64,000 nt of DNA from Oikopleura dioica (taxonomy: Eukaryota; Animalia; Chordata), in assembly GCA_907165135.1 (NCBI GenBank), contig OU015569.1, forward strand, positions 3,038,001 through 3,102,000, written 5' to 3'. The first letter of the stretch is position 1; each line of letters begins with the position of its first letter. Position numbers and translations under genes: made by a program. The notes beneath the pieces were generated by a model. The model made no database searches and was not told where the DNA came from. It was given only the letters and a program-made list of their open reading frames with translations. Below, one piece after another: positions 13,734 through 24,850 of the stretch.

Positions 13734-14783
13734 TTAGAGTTCAATGTTTCCGGCGATCCACTTACTTAGCCGCTGTGGTGTATTTCGGGTAGGCACTTCT
13801 TTTTTCTTTTCTTTCTGTTCTGGACCTAGTCGGTGCATTTGTCGCGCGTACCGAAGCGCTTTTCCTCGGCAGTTTCGGCAAGTAATCGATCCACAAATCA
13901 CGGGGCGGCACAACATTGGGGGGTAATGAGATCTTTCATTGCCGGATGGTCTTTTAAGAGCTCATTTAGTAAGTAAGACGGACACAGCTTGAGAATCAAA
14001 GAAGCCTATCCTTGGTGCAGTCATAGAAAAATAAGGCTCGTTGCAACAAAGATCCGAGAAATTGTTGCGGTCGTCTAGAGAGTGATCGAGCTGCATATAC
14101 TCGTATTCTTCTGGAAGTGGCCCTCTGACAACCAACCCGACGTTTGGGTCGTACTTGGCTCGCTCGAATGCTTTCAAGTATGCTGAAAATAGTGAATAGG
14201 TAGCGAAGAATTCGATCTTTCTTGAAAATATGCTTTCTGAACTCACCTGGTTTTCCTTTCATTTCAAAGTATCGGTCCATCCCTTCCGTTGTTTTCTTGA
14301 CGAGGCCCTTTGGAATCTCAAGTAGGGAAGGATGTCCGCGATATGCTAGTGATGGTGCTACTGGTTCTACTCCGTCATTTTCTTTGTGTTTTGCTCATTC
14401 GAGTTCCATATTCAAGGATTAACATATCTATTCGTCCGATGGTGTATTCACATAACAATTAGAAACAGCTTGTTTTGAAGCTGATGAAACTCAACCTGGC
14501 TCAGTGTCTTCCCTTGGCGGTTCAGTCTGGAGACTCTGGATCTTTGATTTTGATTTTTTGAACTTCTTTGCTTTCGTTTTGGTTGGTTTTGCCGCAGAAG
14601 GGGACCTTTGTTTTGGGATAATATTTTCGGTAAAATTAGTTTTCCGTCTTCAATTCTCGTGATTCCGCTTTTGACGCATTTCAAGTTCGGCTAATTAATA
14701 GTATTAATTTTTCTCTGTTGGAATGTATGATCCCTTTCGCGGAACTCGCTCACGATGCTTGAGAAGTCATCTGCGGTGCTCAT
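13734..14783 (-). CDS. Uncharacterised protein with a Cys-rich C-terminal part
   Basis: Exon chain MSTADDFSSIVSEFRER, LKCVKSGITRIEDGK, YLKAFERAKYDPNVGLVVRGPLPEEYEYMQLD...LCCNEPYF and LCRPVICGSITCRNCRGKALRY...GNIEL*. No family recognised. Confidence 0.5.
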
Positions 14784-15249
14784 TTTTTTAAACTGGAAGA
14801 ATGACGACGAAGCATGCTCAAAAACATTCCACCGCAGATCATCTAGAGATTTTATCCAATTTATGACCATAACAAGTAAAGCAATAATTATCAGTTCAGT
14901 TTGTTCATTAACGCATAAATACAAACAATTCGCAGAGCAAATTTTCGGCCCAAACGTAAAGTAAGTTATACTTTTCAAATCCAATCAAAAAAAGTAATAT
15001 TATCAGATAATAAGACGCGAATTTTTCGTCGTGATAACTTTTCATTGTTCAACGAAATACTCGAATGCTTTGGAGAAATCATGAAGGGCTGCCAAGCACG
15101 CTATATAAACTCCGTTGGGGCATCCTTCTTGCTCAGAAGAGAATTTTTAGAAAATTTCAGGTTTTGAAGCTTAATTTTAACCGTTTGCTTTACCAAAATA
15201 TGTTTCAGGAAGGAATTTGTAGAAGATAGGACAAGAGTATTGGAGAAGA

Positions 15250-16173
15250 ATGGTACGAACTGTAAGTTATGATAATCAGGAAAATGAGAGCAAATTAACT
15301 TTGATAGCGGGCCAAGAGATCCGATGAAGAACCTGGGCCGTCGAAACGCAACACGGCGCGGAAAACCTCGCACAACAAGACGGATCTTGCGAAGTCCGTC
15401 CGAGAAGCGGTTACAAAAAAGCCGAAGAAGAAACTGATCCTCCCGAAGCCCCCGACTGGTAGTGGCAAGAAAAAGAAGAAGTTTACCGGTAAACGACCAG
15501 TTGCGAGAAAGTCGACTGCTCGACCAGTGGAAAGACTCCGACGAGCGCCGGAAAACTTCAACGAGGACGCAGAATGGGAACTGGAGGTAAACACAGATCA
15601 TTTATTTGAAATTCAACAGTTTTAACAGGAATTCGGCGGCATGTATCTCGCCTGGGGAAAGAAGAAAGTGCGTCAACCCGACGGATCCACCATAACCGAG
15701 GCCTATTTGAAAGGAGGTATGATTTTAAAAACATCTGAATGGACACTTTAATATTATAAATATATTCTATAAGATTTACAAAAAAATTTTCAGACACAGA
15801 GCATCGAATCTGGATCAAATGGACAGTCGCGTTTAGTGACGGAATTCGCTGGTCGGCCGAAAAACAAGGCAAAAAAAGCAAAAATAATAATGATGTTTAA
15901 ATTTATAATTCAGACAAACTTGTCGGAGTCGACAAAAAGAAGATCAAAGAAATCGTCAATGCTCGGGAAGCGTGGCCACTGCCCTCGATCAAGGATGGCC
16001 GTCGCTCCTTGTGGAAGGCGAGAAAGTTGATTTGCCAGGGCTTTGGCATCACCGAGTGGCAGCCAGCTTCGAGCAAGCCCAATGACAAATGGCAAATCAT
16101 TGATCCTGAGCTGCCAACAACTACGTCGGAGGTCGACGACACCGACGAAGAAACTGATGACGACGAAGCATAA
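15250..16173 (+). CDS. Basic nuclear protein with H3-tail-like ARKT/ARKS motifs, a chromo-like domain and an acidic tail
   Basis: Five exons assemble in frame: MVRT|RAKRSDEEPGPSKRNTARKTSH...RPVARKSTARP...EDAEWELE|EFGGMYLAWGKKK...|TEHRIWIKWTVAFSDGIRWSAEKQ|DKLVGVDKKKIKEI...DDTDEETDDDEA*. The aromatic spacing (W-ELE...IWIKW...W-AE) resembles chromodomains. The gene is well supported; the chromo call is tentative. Confidence 0.65.
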
Positions 16174-16663
16174 ACCGCTATATTTCGCCCTCTTTCCCAC
16201 TTCCATTTGTTTAGCCGATTTCCTTAGACAAATTTCTCTGGCTGATAACATCCCGATTACAACTCAAATTCTGCCTGCAAAGATTGAAAAATAAAACACG
16301 AAAAAAGTTTCGAAATCTGGAAATCTGCTGCCGGAAATCTGGCGATGACATAAATTGACGGGAGCAGGCATTTCTTTAATAAAATCGCTGAAAGAAGCTT
16401 GAGCTACTGGCCCCAGCCACGTTTCCAGAGAATACATGAGTCCTTAGTTTCCGCCGTTTTGGAATAAATACGGATCCGTTATTCTCTAATGACCAGAAAC
16501 CAAGTATCCAGAATACAATTAATTAATGTTCCGTCCTAGAACCGTAGAAAATACTAGTCAATAGAGAATCGATTTTTAGCGGCCCACGCGAAAAAGGGAT
16601 GAGTTCCCAAAGGAGCCCCTTCTTTATTCTTATCATTTTATTGCCTCTTTAAATTTGACAAAA

Positions 16664-19600
16664 ATGAGACAAGCAATAAATTACTTGTTTTTACTTGCTT
16701 CAGTTACAGTCACAGTTAGCGAGACAGTGAATCAAGAAGATGCATCGCAAAAAACAATTTCTGACTACACGGGCATTGAACAGTGCGAGATCGAGCACGG
16801 AAAGCTTAAAATTATGCTCGACAGGATGTTGGACAAGGTAACTCTCACTCGAGCGGAGTCTCTTTTTTTTCAAGTATTTGTTGTTTGGGGTTTATTTTAT
16901 TACTAAAACATGAAGACTTGAATGAAGCTTGCAGTTGTAACGGATGTCCGTGGACTTACTCTAATTTAAGAGCAAATATTTTAAAACTCTTTAATTGTTT
17001 ATTGATGCTTTTTTCATCCACGTGCTTGATCTTTCGAAAATACTGTATCGCGTAAACAATTTTTACGTAAGGAGCGGTACGATCCGCGGATACGACCTAA
17101 CTTCGAGGAGCGTCGACCGGTGGAAGTCGGCCTCAATTTATTTGTTGCTGGTATCGACGAGGTTTCGGAAATGAAGATGGACTACACGCTGACAGTGTAC
17201 TTTCTCCAAAAATGGCGCGACCCACGTTTAGCAAAGGGGTTGAATATTCAACGCGCTGCATTCGACCAAGGGCAGCGCATTTGAATCAATCCCCGCACAG
17301 TTCTTGACCCTGCTGGCGAATTCGGTCCCATCGGCTGGCTCGACAACTGCTCCATCGCGCTTTCTTCAGTCATCGAAAGCGATATATGGTCAGGCTTTCT
17401 TGAACAGACTTTCAAAAGTTCACGAATTTCACTACTTTAGCTCGCTGAAAATTTTTGTTCTTCAGACCCGAAAAAGCCCAAAAAAGGTACCAGACGTATT
17501 CTTTGTCAACGAAAAAAGCTCCTTCCGACATACAGTAACAATGATGAACACAATGGTACGTTTGTACCCAGGAAAGAGTTTGTGCCAACGCTAGAATATT
17601 TATGCCCGTGTTGTTGAAATTCTGGAAAGACGGAAATGTTTTTTACTCGATAAGAATAACAATGAAGCTTGTTTGCCCTATGCTTTGGTTGAAGCACTTT
17701 CTAAACATTAACACTAAACATCATGTGATCGAACTAAAGAAAACGCAGTCCGCAAATTTTCAAAAATAATCTATTGTCTTGATTAATTTTGAACCAAAAT
17801 CCAGCAAATGCACAAGTATCCCTTGGACGAACAAAACTGCTCCTTGATCATGGAATCGTACAGTCATTCGGAAGACGAAATGAACCTGTATCTGATGGGC
17901 AACGAGAAAGAGGGCTTCAACAGCATCGGCAACAGCATCAACGGGCTGGACGATCTCAGGGAGGGATTAGAAGCGATAACGTAGCGCGAAAAAAAGTGGC
18001 TTAAAAATCGCGTGAATAATTACAAACCCCAGCCAATATATTTACTAATGGCTGTGCATAACACAATTTTAGAAGACTGAAACCGTTGCATAACAAGCAT
18101 AATAAGGATACCAGTCACATAATTTTGTTTTCTAATCTCGCCCAGTCTCCAGCAATTCGAGGTGCCGAAATTACACACTGGCAACATTGATTCAATCTCA
18201 ATTATTATTTCAGATTCAGCAGGCGAGTGTCCTGCGCACCGTGCACACACAAAACGACTTTACGAACCATCGCATCACCCTGAAGGGATTTGGGGCGACC
18301 TTTACCCTTAGAAAACGCGAACTTCTAAACTCACAGTTTTGTCTAAGCAGAGACTGTTCATTTAGAAAATGCGTCGTAGAAAAGCAAATTACAGGGGATT
18401 CAGGGACAAGAATGTCACTAGATTCTTTGAGGCCTTTTTGAGAGTATCAAATAATCACTTATCTAACTATTAGCTAAAGACAGATTTTCAGTAAAAATCA
18501 TCAATCGAAATTAAACCTCAAAATTTCCCCTGAAAAGTTCTGGCTTCGACGCCGAATAACCTACTTTCTCTTGCAATCCTACGTTCCCTGCACTCTGATC
18601 ACCATTCTTAGCTGGGTCTCGTTTTGGATCAATTACGAAGCCACAGCTGCGCGAGTTTCCCTAGGACCGTGATCCGTTTTTATCAACAAATGTGTTATTA
18701 ATTCAAATAGCACAGTTAATTAACAGCTACAATAGCTTGAATATTCTATTCTGCGTTTATTTTGAGCGAAAGAAGACATTATAATTGGCGTTTTAATACC
18801 GTATTTGGCTAAATTGGGATTGGGCTTCTATCACCGAGTTCCGTAAACAAAACCTAATCGAGCTCGTGGCTCAGCTGCTTGCATCCAATAACGAGCTGTT
18901 TTCAAAATTCCAAGTTTCCGTCTCTCCTTCCTTTTCTTGGGGAATCACTCGCAAAAGGCATCACCACGGTGATGACGATGACTACAATCTACACGCACGT
19001 CTCTGCCGGAATGCCCAAAATCCCTGACCTCAAAGCGCTAGATGTTTATATGCTCGCATGTTTCGGTACGTTACCCATCATATGTAGTTCAACTGGCGTA
19101 AGCATAATTTAGAGATCACTAAAATTGAACCTCTCCACATCAGACTCTAATCATTAGAGTATTAGTTTAATGAGACAACAAAAAACTCATGCAATGGCAC
19201 TCGAGGTTCTATTTCTTTCTCGGAAGATTGTTAAGAAGGGATTTTCTTGTTCAAGTTATTTGCGGAAGACGCGCGAATGTTTACATCTTGGCATGTTCAG
19301 TTGCAGACATATCTGGCCGCATCAACACTATAAACTGGGAGTTTATTTTGCTTCTAAACTTTTGAGTTATCGCTGGAATGTAAACACGCCACCACTCACA
19401 GTGCTCAGAGTCTTTTCAGTTTTTGTCTTCATGGCACTGCTTGAGTACGCGATCGTCAACTACTCTTACTACGGGCGGAGAAGGAAACTCTCACGCCAAC
19501 GGCATTCGCAACTGGTCGAGAAAAGCGAAGAAAGTATTGATTTGAGCGATTCGTACGGACTTGGCGGAGGTGGAAGCAGAATCAGAACATGCAGGAATTC

Positions 19601-20075
19601 CCTGGGAGGAGAAAGGCAACGGTTTTAAAAAGAGGAAATGTTTACTTTTCAAAAATGCTCACGCAGCAAAAATAAGAAGCTCATTTATCAAAGCATAATT
19701 TGTTTTGAAATCGGCGCAAGAAATACGATAACGCAAAGATCAGTCCCGAACGGAGATGGTCCCCAGCCAGGAGTTCTATTTACTATTATACGGGAGTTTT
19801 TCTGCCTCTTGAAAATCGACTAGTGGTTCTGTAACTCTAAAAAAGCTGCGCAGAAGGGACGCGACACGACTCAGGCGGTTGAAGGGGATCTCAGTTTGCG
19901 ACATCAAAGATGTTTCTGTGATCGACGAGTTCAGCCGCCGCGCTTTTCCGGTGAGCGGCGTTTCTTGTCACTTTCCGTTACATAGCTTCTCTTTCAGATC
20001 TCGTTCATCGTCTTCAACATCGTCTACTGGGCTTACTACAAGACCGACTGGGGAAGGTTCACAAGCAATAAATAA
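16664..20075 (+). CDS. Cys-loop ligand-gated anion channel subunit, GABA-A beta-like
   Basis: Signal peptide; YDPRIRP; [21 protein letters not shown]; [12 protein letters not shown]; Cys-loop [11 protein letters not shown]; M1 [24 protein letters not shown]; M2 [20 protein letters not shown]; M3 [26 protein letters not shown]; M4 [24 protein letters not shown]. Confidence 0.95.
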
Positions 20076-21665
20076 GCGCGGGTCGATTAATACTCGGCTC
20101 TTGGAACCTAAAAATCAGAAACGACTTAGTTGGTGACCGCGACGAAGGCCGCCACACTTTGCTTGCATCGCGCAAAGAGCTCCTTCTCTGCTTAATAAAA
20201 GTAACTCTAGAATTGACTCTCCAAAACGTGGAAGCTGCCTTATCTCTTTAACCGGTTTATTTGACTGATAGTGACATAATATAAAGCGCGCAGCCAACTT
20301 TGCGGAAATATTTACGTCGATATTGATCTTTATTAAAAACAGATCAAAATTATTTATGCCTAAAGATGATTAACTGAGATTTACTTGGAAGAAGGGTACG
20401 ATTAAAATGGCAGCATTTGAGGTCAGTTAGTTTTTTCTCCAGTGAAAAAAAACCACTGAAATCAACGAGGAAAACGTTTGAGAGGAACCAATCTGCTATT
20501 GAATACCTCTTTGTAGCCCACAAATTGTAGGGCCATCCAGTCCAAAAGTCGTCCAAAACCTTTGGTATCTTCAAAAATGATGACTCTGCAAATAGGAATC
20601 AAAGTGAAAATGGATTCCTCGTGACCAGGTGATAAGAACGTTGATAAAGTCATTATTCACGCCGTGTCAACGGGGAGAAATCGGGGAGTGCCTTTACGAT
20701 TCATGATTTCTTCAGCAGAGGTGAGCAACGCTGTGACTCAGCCTGTGAGTCTTTATTTCGTGGATTGCTTCTGGTGGTCACATGTCAGCACTTCCAGAAA
20801 GCATTCTACTCGTCTCAGAGCCGCGCGCCTACACTGATAAGCAAACAGCTCAACCTCTTTCTGTTCACTTCATAGCTCACTCCTACTTTTACCAAAAACC
20901 GAGGAAGTTTATTCCTACACTTTATCCTGCTTTACTACTGGCCCTGAGTTTCGCCTGTTCTACGGCGAATCTAGGACTAAGGATTAGCAGCTCGCCAGAA
21001 ATAGAACGCGGCAGGGGAGCCTAGTCAACAGAGGCAGAGATTCCCAGGGAGCAGCGGAAGGTGTCAAAGGCGCTCGAGAGCAAGGGATTCAAGCGGGTGC
21101 AGCGGAATCACGCCGGTTCATTCCAAAAGGTTCTAGCCTGAAGCTAAAACCTATTTTGAGAAAAAACTACGCAGCAATCCAGGAGTCTCTCAGCGTCTTT
21201 GCAAGCGCCAAAGGCGATTTTTCGTCAAATCGAGTGATTGAGTCATTAACACCCTACATTTGAAAGGCTTTCTTTCTTTTCATCGGGGATAACTGACGAA
21301 TCGCCACCAGGTTGAGATTTTTTGCCGCGGCCAACCCATTTTCTCACAAATAAAAAATATCTTGAGTTGACAAGAATTCAATTACTTTTCAATTATTAGC
21401 GTAAACTTTTCGGATTTTGCCTTCGTTGAAAAACAGAACAGAGAAAAACAAGAGATATTTAGTACTAAATCGGGAAATTTCACTAATTCCCAAAAACATA
21501 TGAGATCATAGTGATTCATGGTTATCACAGGCGTGAATGAGATGAGCCCTCCCACTCAGGGAATCTCGCATTATTTTACAACCTATCCCTCTATTGACAA
21601 TAGACTATTGTCAAAAAATACCCTTACCGAGAATAAACGAGCAATAATTTTAGAGACAAGTGAAA

Positions 21666-22384
21666 ATGCCCGGTCTTCCGACGGTTGTAACGATTACAGA
21701 CACCTCTTCTGGCTCCGGACCCATCCCGTTCTGGCTGGTTATCGTCACTCGCTTATTTGCTATTTTGGGTAAGATCAATGTTCATAATAAAGGATTATTT
21801 CAAAGAAACGAAATTAATTTAATTCCGAAGGACTTTCCTCTCTCGTCTGGATCTCCATTTTCTACGTAACTGCTGGCGGACTTACCACTCTTCTTGGACT
21901 CTTGATGTTGTAAGTTTTTTTTTGATTTTTTGACTTTTTCTTCCGCGAATCCATTTTATACAATTTTAGCATCTTCGGAGTCTACCACTTCTGCATGGAA
22001 TGTAGCTTCTTCTGCGTCTGCGGCATAAGGGAGCGCATTCCCCTCCCAGCGCCGATTTCAACCTTCCTCGACTCCGTTGAAAGCCACCGCCCAAGCTACT
22101 TCTACAGAGCAGTTCTCTACTTTCTGTAAGTCACCTATCAAAATGTCACGGACTCTATCAAACTCTAGCACTCCTGTTTCGCTCGCTATCGCCTCTAAAA
22201 ACGTCACTTGGTACGTCTTCTTCAACTGTGGCTCCCTTATCTTCTCCTGTAAGTACTCTACTCGTTTTCATTCTGCTGAGGAAACTTTCTAGCTCTGCTG
22301 TATGGATACTGCGTGTTTTTGATCAAACGAAATGGTTCTTCAAACTGGATCACTGCCCAACCGCCGACTTCCCTAAAAAACTAA
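21666..22384 (+). CDS. Small four-TM membrane protein, Flower (CACFD1)/TMEM72/COPI-associated-like
   Basis: About six short hydrophobic exons: PFWLVIVTRLFAILG, LSSLVWISIFYVTAGG...LLML, IFGVYHFCMECSFFCVC, HRPSYFYRAVLYFL, VTWYVFFNCGSLIFS and LLYGYCVFLIKR. The pattern resembles Flower (CEAPFCC, SWQKAVFYC, LYGLSALGKK). Family call is tentative. Confidence 0.55.
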
Positions 22385-23020
22385 GATCCTCTTCCTCTGT
22401 ACTCTTGACCGCGATTTGACCAGAGAATCAATCAAAAATAAACACCTGAATGCGAAAACAAATCGAATAGCTAAAGTTTCCCGTGAACTTTCATTCTGTC
22501 TAATTGTTTTAATCAAAATGATGCATTGGCAGTAATCAGGTGCAATCAATTGCTTGGAGAGCAGTTGCGGTTTTCGTGATTTGCGCCACAGAAATCCCCA
22601 TTCCTCGTTCTCCCCATTTTCGAGAACGAAAGAGAATGAACTCGAGGACGATGAGGAATCTTGAAAGAATCAAATCCTTGCAAAAACTGTACCAAAAGCA
22701 GCGGCAGCAAGAGCGCAAGACAAGAACTCGTAAAAGATCGCACAGAGAAAAACTTGCAGAATCACCTCTTTCTGCAACTTTCGGCGGGCCGATTTATTAC
22801 CCTCGTCCAATGCGGCCGGAAGACAAAGAACGTTGCTATAGAACATCGGGAAAGCATAAAAGAAAGCGAGTTGTGTTCTCAATTCTGCGCTGGCTTGGTG
22901 AGAAACTAGAATAGAAAGTTTTTTCTTTTACTTTTAGGCTGTCTTGGGGATTCGTCAAAAAAGAGTGGGTTTATCGAGTGTGCACCGATCTAGGGCTAGA
23001 AAAAAATACGTTCTCTTTAA

Positions 23021-23585
23021 CCGCGTGGGACGAATTGTACATTCCAATGTAGTTTAAGACTTTGAAGAGCCCTAGTTCAAAAACTACTGATCGTATAAAT
23101 CTGAAAATTGAAATGTGCCTTTGCACATCCTTAATCTCTCGCTCTTTAAAATTTCAGCGAATTATCGCGCACCACCAGCGCTCTGCAGCGGATTACGTCT
23201 GACCTACTTCGCGCTGCGCTCCTTTTCTCACTCGTAAGTCAGGTTTCAATTGGGATTTTTTATTATTTTCAAAGTGAAAATATAGGTTTTCGATAGTGGA
23301 GATTTCAAATTTTGAATAATATTTACAAAAAATCAATGCGAAATCAACTCAAACGGTCAAAACAAGAGCAACAAGTAATATGAGAATGAGGTTTGCAGAC
23401 AGGAAAACGGAAATTTAAGTTGAAATTATGAAAGCCTGTATTTGATTTAGTATTGTCAATAAATTTGGCGAGAATCGGATGAGCGAGTCGCGAGTTATTC
23501 AAGTTTTCGCTTAAACTACAATGGAATGTACAAATTGTACAAATTATTCGTCCCGCGCTCATACGCGCGGATTCGTCCCACGCGG
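23021..23585. mobile_element. piggyBac-type (TTAA) MITE, 565 bp
   Basis: TTAA|CCGCGTGGGACGAAT ... ATTCGTCCCACGCGG|TTAA, with TTAA at 23017-23020 and 23586-23589. A second internal inverted pair is TGTACATTCCAATGTAGTTTAAG versus CTTAAACTACAATGGAATGTACA (one mismatch). Confidence 0.9.
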
Positions 23586-23669
23586 TTAAGGGCTTCGCTT
23601 TATTTTGAAAAAGAACTGATTCATAAAATCAAGCACCATTGTATGTTTCTTCAGTTGTCTTTTTGAGCC

Positions 23670-24850
23670 CGTCTTAGCCAGAATGTAGCGAGTGCAATCA
23701 ACGAGGAGTGTACCAGAAAAGCGCTCAGATGAACAAGTATTTTTATGAGCTGAAAGGTACTTTGGCGATGGCGAGAGATAAGAGTGAGATTCTGATAAAT
23801 CTAGACTTGCCAGAAGAGAAAAGAATCGCTCTGCTCAAAAAGGCTTTGAGGGCCGATGATAGTGGCGGTTCTGACACCGAAGATGACGACTTGGCTTTCA
23901 ACTCTGACGATGAAGAAGTTTTAGATTTAGAGATTGAAGCCGTCGAAGCGGAAGCAGATGCAGAAGACGCAGATCAGAATGAAGGAGCGTGATACTAGAA
24001 AGACTTATGTATCTTATACATTGAATAATATTGAATAAGTCGCGAATAGAGGAATCGGAGTCGTCCGCCGACGAAGAAAGTGAGGGAGATGACAATGAAG
24101 ACATCGAGTTTGAAGAAGGCTTCATTGACCAAGACGAAGACGATAGTGAAGGCGAGACTTGCAAAAAAGTTTTTTCAAATTTGACAAGTATAATTTAGAC
24201 GACGATGCCATTGAAGACGAGATCGAAAACTCAGAAGCGAATTCCAATTTTAGCTCGATGCAGTCTGATCACGGCGATTCGGACGCAGTGATTGACGAAA
24301 TTGAGAAATACAACTTTTTGTATGTTTTTATTTTTCGCGTCGTTTTATATGCTTGAAAATTAGCGAAATGGATTACTTCTTTCAAGAGAACTTCTTGATC
24401 AGCCACGTGTTAGACTACACGTATGGAGATTACCGCTCTGACGAATACGACAGATCTGGATTACTGTAACAACGTCTGAATAATAAATGTTTCTCGTGTG
24501 ACTTTGCTTTAATTAGAGACGGCGCTGATGATTTCCCGGAGTCTGAAGGGACAGGAATGAATGAATCGATCGACCAGTTCCATTACCAGGAACATGTTAA
24601 CTCCGCGAAAATTATTTTTTATTTCTGTAAAATTCGTAATTAACGCGCAAAGTCAATCGATCTCTCTTTGGATGATGGTGGCTCCTGCAATTCTAAAATC
24701 TCTCTCGTCTTTCGTTCGAACGAATGGGAAGCTACTTTCACAGCAGGGTTCGAGAAAGTAGTGTTCATCTGAGAGACCTGTTCTATCTAATATAATATTA
24801 GTAATATTCGTGAACCTTTGAACAGACTGTTCAAACGGCCTGAGCCTTGA
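23670..24850 (+). CDS. Uncharacterised highly acidic (Asp/Glu-rich) protein
   Basis: Exons PECSECNQRGVYQKSAQMNKYFYELK...DDSGGSDTEDDD, EESESSADEESEGDDNED, YNLDDDAIEDEIENSE, EMDYFFQENFLISH and further short exons. Ends are uncertain. Confidence 0.5.

Noticed and set aside
16380-16620. Segment that looks like a dispersed repeat (AGCGGCCCACG also near 39850)
   Set aside because: No TIR/TSD pair or full second copy within the window.
20350-21280. Short ORFs and exon-like pieces on both strands between the channel and Flower-like genes
   Set aside because: Reading frame and strand are ambiguous, and no family was recognised.
22540-22914. 124-aa basic ORF with a hydrophobic start
   Set aside because: Overlapping frames are equally open and no domain or splice partner supports it.
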